Source of the DNA: Collinsella sp.
GTDB taxonomy: Bacteria > Actinomycetota > Coriobacteriia > Coriobacteriales > Coriobacteriaceae
DNA: 64,000 nt
Assembly: GCA_048205975.1 (NCBI GenBank)
Contig: DBEWTI010000128.1
Span: 8,115 to 72,114 of the forward strand
Reading direction: 5' to 3'
In this document: piece after piece, positions 18,476 through 28,649 of the stretch
Position numbering within the stretch: the stretch's first letter is position 1
Layout: each line of letters starts with the position of its first letter
Notes under the pieces: model-generated
What the model was told of the DNA's origin: nothing
The model's database searches: none
What the model saw: the letters and a program-made list of their open reading frames with translations, nothing else
Program-made: the position numbers and the translations under genes

Positions 18476-18508
18476 GCCCGGCGCTTCACCGCAAGTGAGG
18501 TGCCGGGC
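18476..18508 (+). terminator. Hairpin between the TPR gene and mreB
   Basis: GCCCGGCGCTTCAC / GTGAGGTGCCGGGC stem with a weak T-tail. A TATGAT -10-like hexamer follows at 18518-18523. Confidence 0.45.
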
Positions 18509-18568
18509 TTGCGCTAGTATGATGAGCTAGTAGTTTTCCAGCAATCATCCAACACATCAGGAGTTGCG

Positions 18569-19612
18569 TTGTTTTCTTTGATGGATATGTTCTTCGGTAG
18601 CTATGCGGGCGATCTTGCCATCGACCTCGGTACCGCAAATACGCTTGTCTCCGTGCGCGGCAAGGGCATCGTCATTCGCGAGCCCTCTGTTGTCGCCATC
18701 GACAAGAACGACGAGCGCATCCTGGCGGTCGGTATCGAGGCAAAGCGCATGCTCGGCCGTACGCCCGGCAACATCGTGGCCGTTCGTCCCCTGAAGGACG
18801 GCGTCATCGCCGACTTCGATGTTACCGAGGCCATGCTTCGCTACTTTATCGACAAGGCGTCCGAGAAGCGCTATCCGTGGACTCCGCGTCCGCGTGTTGT
18901 CGTCTGCGTTCCCTCCGGTGTCACGTCGGTCGAGAAGCGCGCTGTCTTTGAGGCTACGATCCAGGCCGGTGCCCGCCAGGCCTATCTGATCGAAGAGCCT
19001 ATGGCCGCCGCTATCGGCGCCGACCTGCCCGTTGAGGAACCTACCGGTTCCATGGTCATCGACATCGGTGGCGGTACCACCGAGGTTGCCGTTATCGCTA
19101 TGGGCGGCATCGTCGTCTCGCAGTCCATTCGTATTGCCGGCGACGAGTTCGATCAGGCCATCCTTACGCACGTTCGTGATGCCTACAACCTGGCCATCGG
19201 CGAGCGTACGGCAGAGGACATCAAGATCAAGGTCGGCTCCGCCGTGCCGCTCAAGGACGAGCTCGACGTCGAGGTCAACGGCCGCGACGTGATCACCGGT
19301 CTGCCCAAGACCGTGCGCATCGAGAGCGAGGAGATTCGTCGCGCGCTCAACAAGCCGCTCGACGAGATGGCCAAGGCCGTCAAGGACGCACTCGACGCTA
19401 CGCCTCCCGATCTTGCCTCGGACCTTATGTACTACGGCATTTTGCTGACTGGTGGCGGCGCGCTGCTGCGCGGTCTCGACGTGCGCCTGCGCGATGAGAC
19501 CGGCGTTTCGGTCAACGTCAGCCCCACGGCGCTCGATAACGTTGTTAACGGCTGTGCCCGCGTGCTCGAGGCCAATGCGTTTGATGGCGGCTTCGTCCAG
19601 ACCAATGCTTAA
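18569..19612 (+). CDS. mreB: Rod shape-determining protein MreB
   Basis: IDLGTANT, EPSVVA, RPLKDGVIADF, EEPMAAAIGA, DIGGGTT, LTGGGA. Confidence 0.97.
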   Translation: MFSLMDMFFGSYAGDLAIDLGTANTLVSVRGKGIVIREPSVVAIDKNDERILAVGIEAKRMLGRTPGNIVAVRPLKDGVIADFDVTEAMLRYFIDKASEKRYPWTPRPRVVVCVPSGVTSVEKRAVFEATIQAGARQAYLIEEPMAAAIGADLPVEEPTGSMVIDIGGGTTEVAVIAMGGIVVSQSIRIAGDEFDQAILTHVRDAYNLAIGERTAEDIKIKVGSAVPLKDELDVEVNGRDVITGLPKTVRIESEEIRRALNKPLDEMAKAVKDALDATPPDLASDLMYYGILLTGGGALLRGLDVRLRDETGVSVNVSPTALDNVVNGCARVLEANAFDGGFVQTNA

Positions 19613-19633
19613 TTTCCAAAAGGTGGATTCCAT

Positions 19634-20632
19634 TTGGCACGATCTTCGGGTTTCTCCACAAATCTGAATACCAAGCGACAATCAACGGGTATGCGCCCGT
19701 TGATTGTTTTCAGCCTGATTTCGGTGTTGCTGCTCACGTTTTATATTCGTGAGGGCGAGACGGGGCCGATTCATGCCGTTCGTTCGGGCGTGACGACGAT
19801 TACCTCGCCGGTGCGTTTTCTGGGCTCGGCTGTGGCGGCTCCCTTCAATGCGATCGGTAACGTGTTCTCTAACCTTACGGCGTCACAGGACACGCTTGAC
19901 GAGCTTAAGAAGCAAAACGAGGAACTGACCTCTAAGGTCGCCGAGCTCTCCGAGGCTCAAAAGACCGCCGAGCGACTGGAGGGTCTGGTCGGTCTGCAGT
20001 CGACCTACAACCTCAAGTCCACTGCAGCTCGTATCGTCGGCGCTTCGGGCGATGCCTGGACCTCGACCGTTACCATCGATAAGGGTTCTGCCGACGGGCT
20101 TACCATTAACATGCCCGTGACGAGTTCTGCCGGTGTCATAGGCCAGATCATCGAAGTCTCGGCCAAGACGTCCACCGTGCGCCTGATTGGCGACGAGAAC
20201 TCGGGCGTGTCCGCCATGGTGCAGGATACGCGCGCCCAGGGCATGCTGCAGGGTCAGGCTGACGGCACGCTGCGTCTTGAGTATGTGAGCGTCGATTCCG
20301 ACGTTAAGGTTGGCGACATCATCGTGACCTCGGGCATTGGCGGTGTGTTCCCCAAGGGCCTTCCGCTCGGCACCGTCTCGTCGGTTGAGAAATCGGCAAA
20401 CGACGTGTACTACACCATTGTGGTGCGCGCTCAGACCACGGCCGAGAACAACGAGGAAGTGCTGGTCATCACCTCGCTGACCGACGAACAGTCGGCCTCG
20501 GATGAGGACGTGAACACCGCTAATAGCACGCCGCAGGGAACGTCGCGCGATGCTGCGACCAAGACGAAGGACGAGAGCTCGGATGACAGTTCCGACACGT
20601 CTGAGACGACCGATTCCGGCTCGAGCGAATAG
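19634..20632 (+). CDS. mreC: Rod shape-determining protein MreC
   Basis: N-terminal TM segment, coiled coil, IDKGS, GDIIVTSGIGGVFPKG. Follows mreB. Confidence 0.95.
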   Translation: MARSSGFSTNLNTKRQSTGMRPLIVFSLISVLLLTFYIREGETGPIHAVRSGVTTITSPVRFLGSAVAAPFNAIGNVFSNLTASQDTLDELKKQNEELTSKVAELSEAQKTAERLEGLVGLQSTYNLKSTAARIVGASGDAWTSTVTIDKGSADGLTINMPVTSSAGVIGQIIEVSAKTSTVRLIGDENSGVSAMVQDTRAQGMLQGQADGTLRLEYVSVDSDVKVGDIIVTSGIGGVFPKGLPLGTVSSVEKSANDVYYTIVVRAQTTAENNEEVLVITSLTDEQSASDEDVNTANSTPQGTSRDAATKTKDESSDDSSDTSETTDSGSSE

Positions 20633-20637
20633 GGGGC

Positions 20638-21210
20638 ATGTCCATGGATCTACACGAGCAGGGGATGAGCTCCCGCACGTTTGTAATCGCCGCCATCGTG
20701 TGCGTGCTGCTGCAGGCAGGCCTGGCACCGCAGATCTCCATTGCGGGCGGTCGCGTCAACTTCATGATTATCTTGGTGTGCCTAAGCGTGTTCTCGGGCG
20801 ACCCGAACCGTGCCGTCGTGTGCGGTTTTTGCAGCGGCTTGTTCTATGACCTTTCCGCTGCCGTGCCGGTGGGCGTTATGTCGCTCCTGCTGACCGTGGG
20901 TTCTTTTGCCCTGGTGCATAGCGCCGCCGGTCAGACGGGCGGTAGCCCGAGTGCGCGCGGCGTCACCGTGGGCGCCTTCGCGCTCGTCATTAATGTGATC
21001 TACAGCATCATCTTGCTGTTTATGGGTTTGGAGACGAGCTTTGTCGTTGCGATCTTCGGCCATGCGCTGCCGTCTTCGATCCTGACGGGTCTGGTTGCCA
21101 TTCCGTTTTTGATGTCCGGCGTCGTGCCGCAGTCCGGTTATGGATTCTCCGCACGTGGCGGACGCCAGACGGGCATGCGCTTTAAGCCCAAGACCCGTAA
21201 GCTCAAATAG
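20638..21210 (+). CDS. mreD: Rod shape-determining protein MreD
   Basis: Hydrophobic protein with about five TM segments and G..GLFYD, located between mreC and PBP2. Confidence 0.88.
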   Translation: MSMDLHEQGMSSRTFVIAAIVCVLLQAGLAPQISIAGGRVNFMIILVCLSVFSGDPNRAVVCGFCSGLFYDLSAAVPVGVMSLLLTVGSFALVHSAAGQTGGSPSARGVTVGAFALVINVIYSIILLFMGLETSFVVAIFGHALPSSILTGLVAIPFLMSGVVPQSGYGFSARGGRQTGMRFKPKTRKLK

Positions 21211-21223
21211 GGGAGGCCCGTAG

Positions 21224-23293
21224 ATGTCTTCCCAGATGACGGTTATTATCGCCGGTATCGTGCTGGTTGTGGCCATCGTGGTCGCGCTGGTCATCATGCG
21301 TCGCGGCGATTCCCGTTTTACCTACGATACGCAGCATGGAACGGCCCCGCGCGCCACCGAGGGCGAGGGCAATACCGCGGCGACCGCCTTTAAGGGCCGC
21401 TTTTCCATCCTCACCACGGGTGTGGGCGCGATGTTTGCGGCGCTTGCCGTCAAGCTGTGGGGCATGCAGATGGTCTCGTCGGACTATTACGAAAAGCAGG
21501 CTAATAGCAATCAGACGCGCACCGTTACCACACCCGCTGTGCGCGGCCGCATCCTCGACCGCAATGGCGTGGCGCTTGTCCAGAACCGTCCCTCACTTGC
21601 TGTCGTGGCCTACCGCGACCTTGCCGAGGATGAGGTTCTGGTTCGCCATCTTGCCAATGTGCTCGGCATGCCCTACGTGGCGGTTCTGCGCAATATCCAG
21701 GACAATTCCGAGGGCGCCCAGAGCCTGCATACCATCGCGACGGACGTCCGTCGCTCCACGGTTGCCTATATTCAGGAGCACGCCGGCGAGTTCCCGGGCG
21801 TCAAGATTGCCGAGCGTACCGAGCGCCAGTATCCATATGGCGAGACGGCATGCCATATCTTGGGCTATACCGGCACCATTACCTCCGAGCAGCTCGAGGC
21901 CCAGAATAAGAAAACCTCTGGCGATGATGATGCTTCTGCTGGCCGGATTACGTACCAGTCGGGCGATATCGTGGGCCAGGCGGGTGTTGAGAGCTACTAC
22001 GAAAACCTGCTGCAGGGTATTCGTGGCGAGCAGACCGTCAAGGTCGATGCCTCGGGCAATGTGACCGGTCAGGCCGGCGCCGTGCCCGCCAAGGCCGGCT
22101 CCGACATTAAGCTCACGCTCGACCTTAAGATCCAACAGGCCTGTGAGACGGCGCTGGCGAGCGCCATCGAGCTTGCCAAGACCACTGGCTACAGCAATGC
22201 CGGCAACGGCGCTGTGGTGTGTCTCGATCCCAACAATGGCGAAATCCTGGGCATGGCGAGCCAGCCCAAGTTCGATCCTTCCGTCTTTATCGGCGGCGTC
22301 TCAAATGACGTGTGGACCGAGCTTAATGATGACAAGGGTTCGCACCCGCTGCTCAACCGCGCCATTAGCGGACAGTACATGTCGGCCTCGACCATCAAGC
22401 CGCTTTCGGCACTGGCCGGTCTTGAGTTTGGAACCTACACGTCGGGGCAGACGACCAACTGCACGGGCTATTGGACGGGTCTGGGCAAGTCGTGGGGTAA
22501 GTACTGCTGGCTGCATTCCGGCCACGGCACCATGACGCTGCAGTCGGGTATCGCCAACTCTTGCGACCCCGTCTTCTACGACATGGGCAAGGCGTTCTTT
22601 TATGACGAGCAACATCCTGAGGGCCTGCAGGAGGTCTTTCGTCGCTGGGGCCTAGGCAAGACCTGCGGTATTGATCTGCCGAGTGAGGGCGCGGGCCGTA
22701 TTCCCGATGCCGAGTGGAAAGAGTCGTACTTTACCGACGCCTCTGCCGAGGACCGCAAGTGGAATGCCGGCGATATGACCAACATTGCTATCGGCCAGGG
22801 CGACATTCTGGTGACGCCCCTGCAGATGGCGTGCGCTTATATGGGTCTTGCCAACGGCGGCAAACAGTACGTGCCTCACGTGTTTTTGTCTGCAGTGTCG
22901 CGCGATGGCGACGGCGATGCCTATAAGTACAACGGCAAGGGCAAGAAGAAGCGCTTGGAGGCCAAGATCAACAGCGATTCGGATTTGACTCTTGTTCGCA
23001 ACGGCATGCACGACGTGATATACACGGCATCGACGTCCCTGGCGGCTCACTTTGGCACCCTGACGCCGCAGGTATACGGCAAGTCGGGCACGGGCGAGAA
23101 AAGCGGCGAGGACGAATACGCGTGGTTCTGCGCCTATGCGCCGGCCGATGATCCCAAGTATGTTATCGCTACGGTCCTGGAGCAGGGCGGCGGTGGCTCA
23201 GATACCGCGATGCATGTCGTGCGCGATGTGCTCGGCGTGATTTATGACGAGCCCGATACCTCTTCGGCCTCGGGCGATTCTTCGGTTCGATAG
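21224..23293 (+). CDS. mrdA: Penicillin-binding protein 2 (class B)
   Basis: RGRILDRNG, R.YPYG, and catalytic motifs STIK, SCD, KSG. Confidence 0.95.
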   Translation: MSSQMTVIIAGIVLVVAIVVALVIMRRGDSRFTYDTQHGTAPRATEGEGNTAATAFKGRFSILTTGVGAMFAALAVKLWGMQMVSSDYYEKQANSNQTRTVTTPAVRGRILDRNGVALVQNRPSLAVVAYRDLAEDEVLVRHLANVLGMPYVAVLRNIQDNSEGAQSLHTIATDVRRSTVAYIQEHAGEFPGVKIAERTERQYPYGETACHILGYTGTITSEQLEAQNKKTSGDDDASAGRITYQSGDIVGQAGVESYYENLLQGIRGEQTVKVDASGNVTGQAGAVPAKAGSDIKLTLDLKIQQACETALASAIELAKTTGYSNAGNGAVVCLDPNNGEILGMASQPKFDPSVFIGGVSNDVWTELNDDKGSHPLLNRAISGQYMSASTIKPLSALAGLEFGTYTSGQTTNCTGYWTGLGKSWGKYCWLHSGHGTMTLQSGIANSCDPVFYDMGKAFFYDEQHPEGLQEVFRRWGLGKTCGIDLPSEGAGRIPDAEWKESYFTDASAEDRKWNAGDMTNIAIGQGDILVTPLQMACAYMGLANGGKQYVPHVFLSAVSRDGDGDAYKYNGKGKKKRLEAKINSDSDLTLVRNGMHDVIYTASTSLAAHFGTLTPQVYGKSGTGEKSGEDEYAWFCAYAPADDPKYVIATVLEQGGGGSDTAMHVVRDVLGVIYDEPDTSSASGDSSVR

Positions 23294-23302
23294 GAGGTTG
23301 CG

Positions 23303-24529
23303 ATGGATTTTTCTCCGGCGGATCTGTTCCGTTCAACCAAGACCGGCTCTCGCAGCAGCCTGGACCGCGTCAACAAGCAACTTTCGGCCTCGCGCGGCAC
23401 GTTTCGTCAAAAGGTGCATATCGGTGTGCTCGTGGCTACTGTCGCGCTCGTCGCCTACGGTGCCATCATTATCTGGTCGGCTTCGCAGTTTAAGGCCGAC
23501 GCTTCGTTCTCACGCCATCTGCTGGGAATTTGTATCGGGGCGGTGCTGGCGGTGCTGGTCTGGCGTACCGACCTGCGCGGTATTTCCAATTTCTCGACGG
23601 CGTTGCTCGTCATCGACCTGATCGTGATCTTCTCGCCCAAGATTCCGGGTCTGTCCTATACAGGCGGTCTGGGCATGACGGGCTGGATCAAGATTCCCGG
23701 TATCGGCTTGACATTCCAGCCGGTTGAGCTTGCCAAGCTCATCACCATCTTCTTTATTGCCACGCTTGGCTCGCAGTATAACGGTCGCATCGATACCGTT
23801 CGCGACTACGTCAAGCTCTGCGGCATGCTGTCCATTCCGTTTTTGGCCGTCGTTGCCATGGGCGACCTGGGCTCGGGCCTGGTCGTGCTGGTCTCGGGTG
23901 CCATCGTCATCTGCATGAGCGGTGCACGCCGCGAATGGGTGCTGTCGACCTTGGCCCTGCTCGTGGGCCTGGTGGCCCTCGTCCTGGCGCTCGATTCGGT
24001 CTTTGATTCGTTGCTCGGCCACGATGTGCTCATCAAGCAGTATCAGATGAACCGTCTGACGGTCTTTATCGACCCCGATAATGCCGATTCGGACGATGCC
24101 TACAACCTGCAGCAGTCGCTTATCGCCGTTGGCTCGGGCGGCTTCTTTGGTAAGGGCTTGGGCCATGCGACGCAGTCGGCCGGCGGCTTTCTGCCTGAGT
24201 TCCACACCGACTTCGTCTTCGCCTTCCTGTCCGAGACCTTTGGCTTTTGCGGTTCCTTTTTGCTCCTGTGCCTCTACGTGCTGTTGATCTTTTCGACGAT
24301 TCGCGTCGCCTTTAAGTGTGAGTCACTGTTTTTGCGTCTTTCGTGTGTGGGCATCGTTGGCATGTGGGCGTTCCAGACCTTCGAAAACATCGGCATGTGC
24401 ATCGGCATGATGCCGATTACCGGTATTCCGCTACCGTTTATTAGCTTCGGTTCGTCTTCGATGATGATTCAGCTGCTGACGGTGGGTATCGTACAATCCA
24501 TATGGCGGCATCGTTCGGGCGCCGCGTAA
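23303..24529 (+). CDS. rodA: SEDS peptidoglycan glycosyltransferase RodA
   Basis: FQPVELAK, DLG, GSGGFFGKG, PEFHTDFVF, PITGIPLPFISFG. Confidence 0.93.
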   Translation: MDFSPADLFRSTKTGSRSSLDRVNKQLSASRGTFRQKVHIGVLVATVALVAYGAIIIWSASQFKADASFSRHLLGICIGAVLAVLVWRTDLRGISNFSTALLVIDLIVIFSPKIPGLSYTGGLGMTGWIKIPGIGLTFQPVELAKLITIFFIATLGSQYNGRIDTVRDYVKLCGMLSIPFLAVVAMGDLGSGLVVLVSGAIVICMSGARREWVLSTLALLVGLVALVLALDSVFDSLLGHDVLIKQYQMNRLTVFIDPDNADSDDAYNLQQSLIAVGSGGFFGKGLGHATQSAGGFLPEFHTDFVFAFLSETFGFCGSFLLLCLYVLLIFSTIRVAFKCESLFLRLSCVGIVGMWAFQTFENIGMCIGMMPITGIPLPFISFGSSSMMIQLLTVGIVQSIWRHRSGAA

Positions 24530-24547
24530 CCGCTGGAGGGGTTTGCT

Positions 24548-25477
24548 ATGAAAATTCCCGTAGATAAGCTGACCCGCGCTTTTAAGATGGGCGCGTCCGT
24601 TAAGAAGGATTCCGATACGCCGGTGCGCGTTTCGGTCTATCTGGATTCGTCCGCCTCGCGCTTTCTGGCCGAGACGGTGCGTGACGCCTTTGTGCCGCAG
24701 ACGACCTCGGGCATTGTGCGCGTCGAGCGTCTGGGGGAGGAGCGAATTGCTCCAAAGACCGATACCGATGTGGTGCTGGTGCTCTCGTGTGGTTCCGACC
24801 GCTTGGAGAGTGCCGTGCAGGAGCTCGTGATCGCCGGCGCGCCCGTGTGCGTGCTTGCCGAGTCTGCTGTGGAGGTGCCGTTTATCGAGGAGTCCACGCC
24901 CATGCTCGGCGTTGTCGCGGCAACCGATAAGACGTATCTGCTCGAGACGCTTGCCCGCTGGATTCTCGACCGCTCCGACAAGGAAACGGCTTTTGCGGCG
25001 AACTTTGCCTTCATGCGCATCGCGGCGGCCAATCGTATCATCACCTCGTGCGCGCTCACCAATATGGCGACTGGTGCGCTGGTGTTTTTGCCGGGCGCCG
25101 ATTATCCCGTTATGGCGCTGGCGCAGGTGGGCATGCTCTTTGAGCTCGCTGCCGTCTTTGGACGCGGCATTAAGCCCGAGCGCGGCTACGAGGTCGCGGG
25201 CGTGCTTGCCGGCGGTCTTGTGATCCGCGCGGTCACCCGCGCGCTCGTCAAGCAGACGCCGCATATTGGGTTTGCCGTCAAGGCGCTCACTGCTGCCGCG
25301 GGCACCTATGGCATGGGCCGTGCGCTCGTTTCGCTCTACGAGCGCGATGTTGACTACAGCCGTGCCAACGAGGTAGTCACTGCCACGTTCTCCCGCGTTC
25401 GCGATCTGGTGACCACGGTCGCGGGCGCTACCCGTCCTATGGCGTCCTACCAAGACGCATCCGATCTCGCTGCTTAG
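24548..25477 (+). CDS. Hypothetical protein; C-terminus resembles DUF697/YcjF-type glycine-rich membrane helices
   Basis: Intact ORF with GGAGG RBS. C-terminal FLPGAD...Q..M...LA..FG and TYGMG pattern. Family call from memory of the pattern only. Confidence 0.65.
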   Translation: MKIPVDKLTRAFKMGASVKKDSDTPVRVSVYLDSSASRFLAETVRDAFVPQTTSGIVRVERLGEERIAPKTDTDVVLVLSCGSDRLESAVQELVIAGAPVCVLAESAVEVPFIEESTPMLGVVAATDKTYLLETLARWILDRSDKETAFAANFAFMRIAAANRIITSCALTNMATGALVFLPGADYPVMALAQVGMLFELAAVFGRGIKPERGYEVAGVLAGGLVIRAVTRALVKQTPHIGFAVKALTAAAGTYGMGRALVSLYERDVDYSRANEVVTATFSRVRDLVTTVAGATRPMASYQDASDLAA

Positions 25478-25487
25478 GGGTTTTCCG

Positions 25488-27365
25488 TTGCGCGTTCCGT
25501 ATCAAGACTGTTTTCATTTAATTGAGCCGCTGCTCGCCAAGGTCGAGAAGCCGAGCCGCTATATCGATCACGAGTGGGGCACGCTTTCAAAGGCCGATGC
25601 CGACTACCGTTGCTGCCTGATCTATCCGGATGTGTACGAGGTTGGTTTGCCCAACCAGGGCATCGCCATCCTCTACAACATTCTTAACCAGGCCGAGGGC
25701 ATCTCCTGCGAGCGTGGCTATGTGCCGTGGCCCGATATGGGTGACGCCATGCGCGAGGCGGGTATTCCGCTTCTGTCGCTCGAAGGTGCTGCCCCCGTCG
25801 CATCGTTTGATATCGTCGGTCTGCATGTGCCGCACGAGATGGCGGTGACGAACTTCCTCGAGGCTCTCGACCTCGCTGGCATTCCGCTGTTAGCGGCCGA
25901 CCGAGGCGAAGACGACCCCATCATCATCGCTGGTGGTCCTTCGGTGTACAACCCCGAGCCGTATGCGGCCTTCTTCGATGTTATCCTCATCGGTGAGGGT
26001 GAGGAATCGCTGCTCGAGACCTGCCAGCTGCATCGCCGCCTGCGTGACGAAGGAGTCCCGCGTGCGCAGATCGTTGAGCAGCTTGCATCCATTGCCGGCA
26101 ACTATGTGCCGTCGCTCTATGAGGTTCGTCACGACGAGCCCTGCTCGCCGCATGGCTACACCGTGCCGCGTGAGGGCAAGGATGCTCCGACCGTGGTCTA
26201 CAAGCGCGTCGTCGAGGATTTCGGCGCCACGAATCCGCTGTCGCAGTCGTGCGTACCCTATGCGCAGCTGGTCCACGACCGCCTGTCTATCGAGATTCTG
26301 CGCGGCTGCGCCCGCGGCTGTCGTTTTTGCCAGGCCGGCATGACGTATCGCCCGGTGCGCGAGCGCTCGGCCGACCAGATCGTCTCGTCGGTGATTCAGG
26401 GTCTGGAAAAGACCGGCTATGACGAGGTGTCGCTGACCTCGCTCTCTACGACCGACCACTCCTGCATTCGCGACGTGCTCGGCAGGCTCAACCGTCGCCT
26501 GGAGGATACGGGTATTCGCGTGTCTATTCCGTCGCAGCGCCTGGATTCGTTTGGTGTGGATATGGCCGAGTCGGTCGCCGGCGAAAAGAAAGGCGGCCTG
26601 ACGTTCGCGCCCGAGGCCGGCAGCCAGCGCATGCGCGACATCATTAACAAGAACGTGACCGAGGAGGACCTGGACCGTGCGGCCAAGGCGGCCTTCGAGG
26701 CCGGCTGGAACCGCATGAAGCTCTACTTCATGATGGGCCTTCCCGGCGAGCGCGACGAGGACATCGTGGCCATCGCCAATCTGGCCGATCATGTGCTGGA
26801 GCTCGGTCGTTCCGTAGTGCCCAAGGCTCGTCGCGGCTCGATCTCGGTGTCTATCTCGGTTTCGGTCTTTATCCCCAAGGCTGCCACGCCGTTCCAGTGG
26901 TGCCCGCAGCTCGACTACGACGACGTCAAACGTCGCCAGAAGCTGCTTGTCACGAGTGTGCGCAACCGTGCCGTCCGCGTGCATTACCACGATGCCGAGA
27001 CCTCGCTCATCGAGGCCGCGCTGTCCCGCGCCGGTCGTGACATGACGCCCGTCATCATCGATGCTTGGCGCGCGGGCTCTCGCTTTGACGCCTGGGTAGA
27101 GCATTTCTCGCTCGATAACTGGAAGGAGGCTGCTGCCAAAAACGGCATCGACCTCAATGAGCTCGTGCACCTGCCCTACGAGTTGGACTGGCGCCTGCCG
27201 TGGGAGCACGTGAGCCCCGGCTGCACGCGCGGCTTCCTCGAGCGCGAGTACCGTCGCTCGCTCGAGGGTGTCACGACTCCCGACTGCACCCGCACGTCGT
27301 GCACCGGCTGCGGAATCTGCCCCACGCTCCACGCCAAGAATGTATTGATGGGTGATCGCGCATGA
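25488..27365 (+). CDS. TIGR03960-family radical SAM protein
   Basis: VEKPSRY, YPDVYEVG, RGCARGCRFC (CxxxCxxC), APEAGSQR, C-terminal Cys cluster. Confidence 0.92.
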   Translation: MRVPYQDCFHLIEPLLAKVEKPSRYIDHEWGTLSKADADYRCCLIYPDVYEVGLPNQGIAILYNILNQAEGISCERGYVPWPDMGDAMREAGIPLLSLEGAAPVASFDIVGLHVPHEMAVTNFLEALDLAGIPLLAADRGEDDPIIIAGGPSVYNPEPYAAFFDVILIGEGEESLLETCQLHRRLRDEGVPRAQIVEQLASIAGNYVPSLYEVRHDEPCSPHGYTVPREGKDAPTVVYKRVVEDFGATNPLSQSCVPYAQLVHDRLSIEILRGCARGCRFCQAGMTYRPVRERSADQIVSSVIQGLEKTGYDEVSLTSLSTTDHSCIRDVLGRLNRRLEDTGIRVSIPSQRLDSFGVDMAESVAGEKKGGLTFAPEAGSQRMRDIINKNVTEEDLDRAAKAAFEAGWNRMKLYFMMGLPGERDEDIVAIANLADHVLELGRSVVPKARRGSISVSISVSVFIPKAATPFQWCPQLDYDDVKRRQKLLVTSVRNRAVRVHYHDAETSLIEAALSRAGRDMTPVIIDAWRAGSRFDAWVEHFSLDNWKEAAAKNGIDLNELVHLPYELDWRLPWEHVSPGCTRGFLEREYRRSLEGVTTPDCTRTSCTGCGICPTLHAKNVLMGDRA

Positions 27366-28174
27366 GTGAGCGCCTGACCGACAACCCCACGCTCTTTAGG
27401 CTTCGTGTTCGCTATGGCAAACGCGATCGCCTTAAGTACCTGGGCCATCTCGAAGTAATCCATACCATTGAGCGCATCGTGCGCCGTGCGGGACTTCCCT
27501 ATGCCGTCACGCAGGGTTTCTCTCCTCACATGCGCGTGGGCTTCTCTTCGGCGCTACCGGTGGGTACGTCGTCGACCTGCGAGTGGTATGACCTGTTTAT
27601 GACCGAGTTCGTGGCGCTCGACGAGGCGTTTGGGCGCCTGGCTGCGGCCTCTCCGGCCGATCTGGCACCCATCGAGGCGGCGTACATCGACGTGCGCACG
27701 CCGGCGTTGACGGCGCAGCTCACGCGCTTGTCGTATCGCATTGATTTGCACTTGGATCCCGAGGCGCCCGTAAGCGCCGACGAGGTGCGTCGTGCGATCG
27801 ACACGCTGCGCGCGGACCATGGCATCGACTACGCGCGCGGAAAAAAGAGCAAGCGCTTGGATTTGGATCACACGCTCGTGGGCTATGAGCTCACGGCGGG
27901 GGAGCGCCCGGACCATTTAGTGCTCATGCTCGACACCCATGCCGATAACGAGGGCTCCATGCGTCCGGAAATTTTGCTTTCTGCAGCTGATGTTTTGTTG
28001 CAGGGCTTGACCCCGGGCGTGGATGCACCTATTGTTTCCACCGGTATGCAAGACCTCGTGACCATCTGCTCCTACGATGTCGAGCGTCAGAATCAAGCAT
28101 GCGAGGACGACGAGGGCCGACTCGTCAGCCCCATACCTGTGCGAACTTGTGGATTTGCTCCACATACTCGTTGA
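27362..28174 (+). CDS. TIGR03936-family radical SAM-associated protein (DUF2344)
   Basis: KYLGHLE, RRAGLP..TQGFSPH, ALPVG. ATGA overlap with the upstream gene. Confidence 0.9.
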   Translation: MSERLTDNPTLFRLRVRYGKRDRLKYLGHLEVIHTIERIVRRAGLPYAVTQGFSPHMRVGFSSALPVGTSSTCEWYDLFMTEFVALDEAFGRLAAASPADLAPIEAAYIDVRTPALTAQLTRLSYRIDLHLDPEAPVSADEVRRAIDTLRADHGIDYARGKKSKRLDLDHTLVGYELTAGERPDHLVLMLDTHADNEGSMRPEILLSAADVLLQGLTPGVDAPIVSTGMQDLVTICSYDVERQNQACEDDEGRLVSPIPVRTCGFAPHTR

Positions 28175-28199
28175 CGGGGGTATTTTCGCCTGCTACTAT
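28171..28199 (+). promoter_or_regulatory. rplU-rpmA promoter
   Basis: TTGACG-N17-TACTAT with extended -10 TG. Confidence 0.75.
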
Positions 28200-28241
28200 A
28201 TTCGGCTGTTGCACTAACTGATGCATGAAGGGCAAGTAAAC

Positions 28242-28616
28242 ATGTACGCAATCGTTAACACGGGCGGCAAGCAGTACAAGGTCGCCACCGACGATGTCAT
28301 CACCGTCGAGAAGATCGAGGGCAATGAGGGCGACAAGGTCACCCTGCCGGTCATCTTCCTCAACGATGGTAAGAAGATCGTCACCGATCCCGACAAGCTG
28401 GCCAAGGCCAAGGTTACCGCTCAGATCGTTGAGCAGTTCAAGGGCGAGAAGCAGCTGGTCTTCAAGTTCCACAAGCGTAAGCGCTATCGTCGTCTGAAGG
28501 GTCACCGTCAGCAGCTCACCAAGCTGAAGATCGTGAAGGTTCAGGCTACCTCCCGCGCCAAGAAGGCTGTCAAGGCAGAGGCTGAGGCTGTTGCCGAGGC
28601 TCCCGTCGCCGAGTAG
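28242..28616 (+). CDS. rplU: 50S ribosomal protein L21
   Basis: MYAIVNTGGKQYKV and GHRQ. Ala/Glu-rich C-terminal tail. Confidence 0.97.
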   Translation: MYAIVNTGGKQYKVATDDVITVEKIEGNEGDKVTLPVIFLNDGKKIVTDPDKLAKAKVTAQIVEQFKGEKQLVFKFHKRKRYRRLKGHRQQLTKLKIVKVQATSRAKKAVKAEAEAVAEAPVAE

Positions 28617-28649
28617 ATTACACTCGTAACGAAAGAGTAGGTATACACA

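Noticed and set aside
21224..23293. PBP2 with SCD and KSG instead of SxN and KTG as a possible inactive enzyme
   Set aside because: SxD and KSG variants are normal in MrdA-type class B PBPs.
28617..28649. Missing prp (ysxB) protease between rplU and rpmA
   Set aside because: L27 starts MAHKK with no N-terminal extension, so Prp is not needed. This is ordinary.
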